From Sulfurimonadaceae bacterium (GTDB taxonomy: Bacteria > Campylobacterota > Campylobacteria > Campylobacterales > Sulfurimonadaceae): a DNA stretch of 11,736 nt. Made by a program: the position numbers and the translations under genes. Positions 7,439 through 11,736 of this stretch are shown here, piece by piece. The notes under the pieces are model-generated. The model was not told the DNA's origin and did no database searches. It saw nothing but the letters and a program-made list of their open reading frames with translations. The stretch's first letter is position 1. The number at the start of each line of letters is the position of its first letter. The stretch covers positions 1 to 11,736 of the forward strand of contig JBFESZ010000068.1 in NCBI GenBank assembly GCA_041548245.1, in the 5' to 3' direction.

Positions 7439-9049
7439 TTGATTAAACTGGGAATATCTCAAAAACTGAACATCCTTATCATTGGAGTTACGCTGAGCAT
7501 AGTCAGTATATTTTCTGCCTATGTCTTTTTTAATATTTCTGATAATGCCAGAGAACGTGTTAATGAGCATCTCTCCTCCGTGGCTACTTACGAAAAAATT
7601 TATTTGGATTACTTTTTTTCAAGTACGGTAAAGGAATTAAACCTTGTCACCAGCCGTACCCATTTCAGAGAAAACCTGCTTGCTTACCATCAAACACAAG
7701 ATCAGAAATACCTTCACAAGATAGCCAAAATTTTGACAGATGCCAATAATGCAACAGACACCTTTTATTCTTTAACACTTACGACGACTGATGGAAAAAC
7801 CTTATTCAGCAACGATATAAGCGATAAAACTGCCCGCTGTAAAGTCAATCTAACAAATTACCCCCATATCTCTAAGACATATATCCCCATATGTTTCAAA
7901 GAGAAAGACAATGACACATCATACATGAGAATGCGTTCACCCGTTATCCATAATGCAGAGACAATCGCACTCTTATATGCAGCCATCAACCTAAAACCGT
8001 TGGACGAGCTCAGCAATATCCGCAAACGACTGGAGTACAAGACAGCGGATTCGGTTGTTGTCTACTACAGAGATGAAGATGCCCTCTTTCTTACCCCTGT
8101 AACCTATGATGAGAAAGCTGCTTTAACACGTACTATAGCACTTCAGAACATGGATATTTCCTACAACAAGGCACGGAACCACCCTGACGGAGAGTTCATT
8201 ACCGGCTTAGACTATCGCGGTGTACCCGTCTACTCTTATGTCACCTACTTAAGCCAATACAACATCGGTCTCTCTGTCGAATTGGATATGGATGAACTCA
8301 AAGCTATCGAATCCAAAAAAGTCGGTTTTTCACTCTTGATGCTGACTTCTTTAATCATCATGGCAGGAGTTTTCACTGTATTGATGATTAAACAGCTGCT
8401 AAAGCCACTGCACAAGCTGCATGATGTTATTGTCAAACAATCGCTTAGCACAGGAAAGCTTGTACAGTGCAAACATTTGTCCAATGATGAATTTGGAGAA
8501 CTTGCCCATTCGTACAACAAGATGATAGAACGTATTCAAGAGCAGAGTATAACCGACGCGTTGACCCAACTTCACAATAGAAAAGCTTTTAATGAAAGAA
8601 TCGAGGAACTCATTGCTCAATATCACAGGTATCAGATCCCCTTTTCGGTCTTGATGCTCGATATTGACCACTTCAAATCCGTCAATGACACCTATGGACA
8701 TCAGATGGGTGACAAGGTATTGATCGCATTGAGCAACGAGTTAAAATCACACATTCGAAAGAATGACTACGTGTTCAGGTATGGCGGCGAAGAGTTTATC
8801 ATCCTCTTAACGGGCACGACCATAGATCAGGCAAAGATATTTGCAGAGAAGTTAAGGTCATCCGTGCAGGCGACCATCCATGTCATCGAAGAGAGAAAGA
8901 TCACCATCAGTATTGGTGTCTCGGAATTTCATAGAGAAGACAGTTCTGATTCGATCGTAAAAAGGGTAGATGATAACCTTTATCGCGCCAAAGAGAGTGG
9001 CCGTAACCGTGTCTGTATAGATGAGAGCCGCCCCTCTACTCTCAATTGA
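7439..9049 (+). CDS. Membrane diguanylate cyclase (TM-Cache-like-TM-HAMP-GGDEF)
   Basis: Two TMs. Cache-type motif LDYRGVPVYSYVTY...GLSVELD. HAMP (KPLHKL...DEFGELAHSYNKM). TDALTQLHNR, DIDHFKSVNDTYGH, I-site RKND, intact GGEEF active site. Confidence 0.92.
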   Translation: MIKLGISQKLNILIIGVTLSIVSIFSAYVFFNISDNARERVNEHLSSVATYEKIYLDYFFSSTVKELNLVTSRTHFRENLLAYHQTQDQKYLHKIAKILTDANNATDTFYSLTLTTTDGKTLFSNDISDKTARCKVNLTNYPHISKTYIPICFKEKDNDTSYMRMRSPVIHNAETIALLYAAINLKPLDELSNIRKRLEYKTADSVVVYYRDEDALFLTPVTYDEKAALTRTIALQNMDISYNKARNHPDGEFITGLDYRGVPVYSYVTYLSQYNIGLSVELDMDELKAIESKKVGFSLLMLTSLIIMAGVFTVLMIKQLLKPLHKLHDVIVKQSLSTGKLVQCKHLSNDEFGELAHSYNKMIERIQEQSITDALTQLHNRKAFNERIEELIAQYHRYQIPFSVLMLDIDHFKSVNDTYGHQMGDKVLIALSNELKSHIRKNDYVFRYGGEEFIILLTGTTIDQAKIFAEKLRSSVQATIHVIEERKITISIGVSEFHREDSSDSIVKRVDDNLYRAKESGRNRVCIDESRPSTLN

Positions 9050-9764
9050 TTATGGCGTCATGCCATTGTACTAGGGTGAGTCGATACCCTTCTTCGACTG
9101 GAACGACTTCATGACTGTAGATAGGGTTGCTGGGAAAGACGATCATATCCCCCGCTTCGGGAAAAATTCTGATCGGATTGCCATCAACGTCAAAAAGGTA
9201 GTTGAAAAGCAGCTCCCCACCTTTGAACTGCATTCCCTGGGCATCATGTTTTTCAGAAGAAGTCGCAAAAAGGACTGTACTTAGCTTGCGCTGCGGAGCC
9301 ACTTGAAGAAAACCGATCGTCTCACCCATATCATTGACAAGCTCGCTTGAATCATCCGCATGCTTGATATAGAAAGAGCCTTTGGTATATTCAAGCGTCT
9401 GCAGGTCTGTCGATGTCATCAATGCAATATTAAAATAGTTCTCAATAGCCGCCTGATGTGTCTTGAAGCTTAAATCATACGCTTTATGAAACACTTTTGG
9501 AAGCTTATGCAGCACGGTCTTGCGAATGTTCTTGTCGACTTTCGCCTTAAGAAGAGAGTTCATCTCTTTTGTTCTGACCTTGGCTTGCTCCACAGCAGAA
9601 GTTTTACTCGTATATTTAGCAATCTCATCACAGGTTGATGCCGACAAAAAGTTTTTAATGATCAAATAGGGATAGTTATAATAATGATTCGGCATAAGTC
9701 GTGTGTCTAACTTCAAGCTGGCAATAAAATCATCACAGAATACATAGTTGCTTATCTGCTGCAT
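9042..9764 (-). CDS. 2OG-Fe(II) oxygenase (prolyl-4-hydroxylase-like)
   Basis: Y..GSFYIKHAD (HxD), RKLSTVLF, FKGGEL, GDMIVFPS...HEVVPVEEGYRLTLVQW (distal His and 2OG-binding Arg). In-frame ATG 9764 is preferred over TTG 9812; the start is uncertain. Confidence 0.88.
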   Translation of the reverse strand: MQQISNYVFCDDFIASLKLDTRLMPNHYYNYPYLIIKNFLSASTCDEIAKYTSKTSAVEQAKVRTKEMNSLLKAKVDKNIRKTVLHKLPKVFHKAYDLSFKTHQAAIENYFNIALMTSTDLQTLEYTKGSFYIKHADDSSELVNDMGETIGFLQVAPQRKLSTVLFATSSEKHDAQGMQFKGGELLFNYLFDVDGNPIRIFPEAGDMIVFPSNPIYSHEVVPVEEGYRLTLVQWHDAIIN

Positions 9765-9875
9765 GGTATCATCTTTTGTATTAATATTAAAAGAACAGTT
9801 TTTTGCCTTCAAGTTTGAAAGAACCTAAAAAAGCTCAGAAGTATACTTGAGCAATACTTAACAAACACTCTTGCA

Positions 9876-9916
9876 TGTGATTTAATTGTGATACTACTTT
9901 GTCACAATTCTATGAC
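9876..9916. promoter_or_regulatory. TGTGA-type repeat array in the divergent intergenic region; candidate regulator site
   Basis: tgtgat at 9876-9881 and 9887-9892 (11-bp period). aattgtga (9884-9891) and tcacaatt (9902-9909) form a perfect 8-bp inverted repeat with a 10-nt spacer. Confidence 0.45.
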
Positions 9917-10011
9917 TATGGGAATTTTATACATCATTCGTTAATTTTAAAAATAAAAAAATATTCAGAAAAGAACACATATTAACAATTTTACGATAGA
10001 ATAGTTCAACT

Positions 10012-11562
10012 TTGATAAGGAATATCATAAATACTTTGCAAATCATCAATTCAAGCAATCGAATCCTATTGATACTTCTGAGCCTTATCGGCTTTATCAC
10101 CATGGTCTTTTTGTATTTGGGGCATTTCCAATACAAATTTGTCCTCAAGACCCTTGTGGATGAAGAACAGAAGATCGCCAGCAAGGTCTATAAAAATACC
10201 TTTAAACACATTGCCAGCCATTATGAATCAATAGCCAATAACATATTGCTCAACAAAGAGGTCATTAATGCTTTTGAAAAGCAGGACAGGGATGAACTCT
10301 TTAAACTGACAGAACCTATATATAAAGAGCTGATCGCTGAAAACCCGTACCTGCACATCATGCACTTTCATACCAAAGAGACCAAGAGTTTTCTGCGTCT
10401 GCACAAACCTGAAAAGTTTGCCGATGACCTGAGCGATATTCGCCATATGATCAACAGTGTCAACCAATTTCACACCAAACAAATCGGTGTCGAAGTCGGT
10501 AGGTATGGTATCTATTACCGAATAGCCCTACCTGTGTTCAATCTCAACAAAGAGTATCTTGGAGCATTTGAGTTTGGTATCAATATCGACTATATCTTCA
10601 ATCTATTCAATAACGATTATGGGTTTGAGACTATTCTGCTCTTGCATAAAGATATCTTCGAGATGATATACGAAAACAACAAAGACCTGAAATACCGATC
10701 CTTTTCTGATCAGTTTTATGTCGTTATACCCGAGCATAATCTAAGCCGGATATACACATCACTTATCCACCATCTATCCACATCGGTGCTCACCTCAAAA
10801 TATGAATTGATTGAAAATGACCTCAATGACGATGTCGTCTTTAAAGTCACCGAACTCACCAGTGTCACCGGTGAAGACATCGGAGAGATCATCTTTGTCA
10901 AAAACCTGAACTACTATACGGACCGAATAGAGCTTATCCAGAACATTTCCATAGTATTGGGCATATTTATGATTCTGTTTTCTGTCTACTTCTTACGCAA
11001 ACTCTTCAAAAGTTTCATGGAGACGATACATAGCTATCAGAGTAAGATAGAGATCAAAAACCGTTCACTCTCAAAACTGGTCAATCTTGACCACCTGACC
11101 AAGATCAACAACAGAAAGTCCATGGAGACGATCATGGAAAACGAGATCAAACGAGTGAGCCGTTACAACAAACCGATGTCCATCATCATGTTTGATATCG
11201 ATGACTTTAAATCGATTAATGACGACTATGGACATAATGTGGGTGACAAGGTCCTCAAAGAGATTGCCAAGGTCGTACTTTCTGTGATCAGAGATACAGA
11301 TCATTTTGGAAGATGGGGTGGAGAAGAGTTCATACTGCTTCCAACCGAGACCTCACTCGAGGATGCTACCGTGTTGGCCGAAAAGATCAGAAAAGCGATA
11401 TTGGCACATGATCTCATTGACTCACGCAGAGTAAGTTGTAGTATTGGTGTTGCACAGTATCAGCAAGATGAAGACCTAGACATTTTAGTACACAATGCAG
11501 ACCTTGCAATGTACGATGCTAAAAACAGTGGAAAGAACCGGGTTGTTGTTCACAACCTATAA
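10012..11562 (+). CDS. Membrane diguanylate cyclase (TM-dCache_3-like-TM-GGDEF)
   Basis: Two TMs. Periplasmic HFHTKETKSFLRLHKPEKFADDL...GVEVGRYGIYYRIALPV is typical of dCache_3. DHLTKINNR, DIDDFKSINDDYGH, I-site RDTD, GGEEF. The start is uncertain (TTG 10012 or TTG 10036). Confidence 0.9.
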   Translation: MIRNIINTLQIINSSNRILLILLSLIGFITMVFLYLGHFQYKFVLKTLVDEEQKIASKVYKNTFKHIASHYESIANNILLNKEVINAFEKQDRDELFKLTEPIYKELIAENPYLHIMHFHTKETKSFLRLHKPEKFADDLSDIRHMINSVNQFHTKQIGVEVGRYGIYYRIALPVFNLNKEYLGAFEFGINIDYIFNLFNNDYGFETILLLHKDIFEMIYENNKDLKYRSFSDQFYVVIPEHNLSRIYTSLIHHLSTSVLTSKYELIENDLNDDVVFKVTELTSVTGEDIGEIIFVKNLNYYTDRIELIQNISIVLGIFMILFSVYFLRKLFKSFMETIHSYQSKIEIKNRSLSKLVNLDHLTKINNRKSMETIMENEIKRVSRYNKPMSIIMFDIDDFKSINDDYGHNVGDKVLKEIAKVVLSVIRDTDHFGRWGGEEFILLPTETSLEDATVLAEKIRKAILAHDLIDSRRVSCSIGVAQYQQDEDLDILVHNADLAMYDAKNSGKNRVVVHNL

Positions 11563-11566
11563 ATGT

Positions 11567-11665
11567 TCACTTCCTGTCTGCTTTGGCACGTTTATATATG
11601 ACGTAACCGATGCCAACCAAAAAACCTGTAAGAGCTATCACGCCTTGCTGTTCTAAAAAGTTCAT
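11567..11665 (-). CDS. 32-aa single-pass membrane microprotein MNFLEQQGVIALTGFLVGIGYVIYKRAKADRK (not in ORF track)
   Basis: ATG at 11665, TGA at 11569-11567. SD AAGGA (11678-11674) lies 8 nt upstream. A 17-aa uncharged hydrophobic stretch is followed by a basic tail. An extended -10 lies just upstream. Confidence 0.72.
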   Translation of the reverse strand: MNFLEQQGVIALTGFLVGIGYVIYKRAKADRK

Positions 11666-11691
11666 ACCGTTTTTCCTTTTTTAGTTTGTGG

Positions 11692-11700
11692 ATTCTAGCA
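11692..11700 (-). promoter_or_regulatory. Extended -10 promoter (TGcTAGAAT) for the microprotein gene
   Basis: The minus strand reads TGCTAGAAT, which puts a predicted TSS near 11685, just upstream of the SD. It is overlapped by a short inverted repeat, TAGCA-N6-TGCTA (11696-11711). Confidence 0.6.
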
Positions 11701-11736
11701 TAAACTTGCTACCAATGCATAAAAAAAGAAAAAGAA

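Noticed and set aside
5039-11304. Short alternative ORFs inside the receptor, yfiR and cyclase genes, including 6071-6556 (161 aa) and 9927-10184
   Set aside because: They lie fully or largely within strong CDSs and show no domain signatures.

Overview
The window is a signalling-rich region, probably from a Campylobacterota bacterium such as Sulfurimonas or Sulfurovum. That placement is inferred from the AHQW(K/R)QPL kinase H-box, AAGGA Shine-Dalgarno sites and TGnTAnAAT promoters. The core (444-7325) is a divergent four-gene module. On the + strand, a TonB-dependent receptor overlaps a periplasmic YfiR/DUF4154 gene. On the - strand, a hybrid histidine kinase with a YfiN-type (CHASE8-like) periplasmic sensor, HAMP, two REC domains and Hpt overlaps a cytoplasmic REC-histidine kinase. 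This looks like a rewired YfiBNR trans-envelope system, with the receptor in place of YfiB and a phosphorelay in place of the GGDEF output. Downstream lie two membrane Cache-GGDEF diguanylate cyclases flanking a 2OG-Fe(II) oxygenase, plus a 32-aa membrane microprotein missing from the ORF track that has its own extended -10 promoter and RBS. The AT-rich left end (1-355) looks like a mobile-element boundary. It holds four copies of a 12-bp motif, a 15-codon ORF resembling an integron-integrase N-terminus, and a 17-bp match to the tRNA-Asn 3' end (att-like site). All family calls come from motifs recognised by eye; no searches were run.
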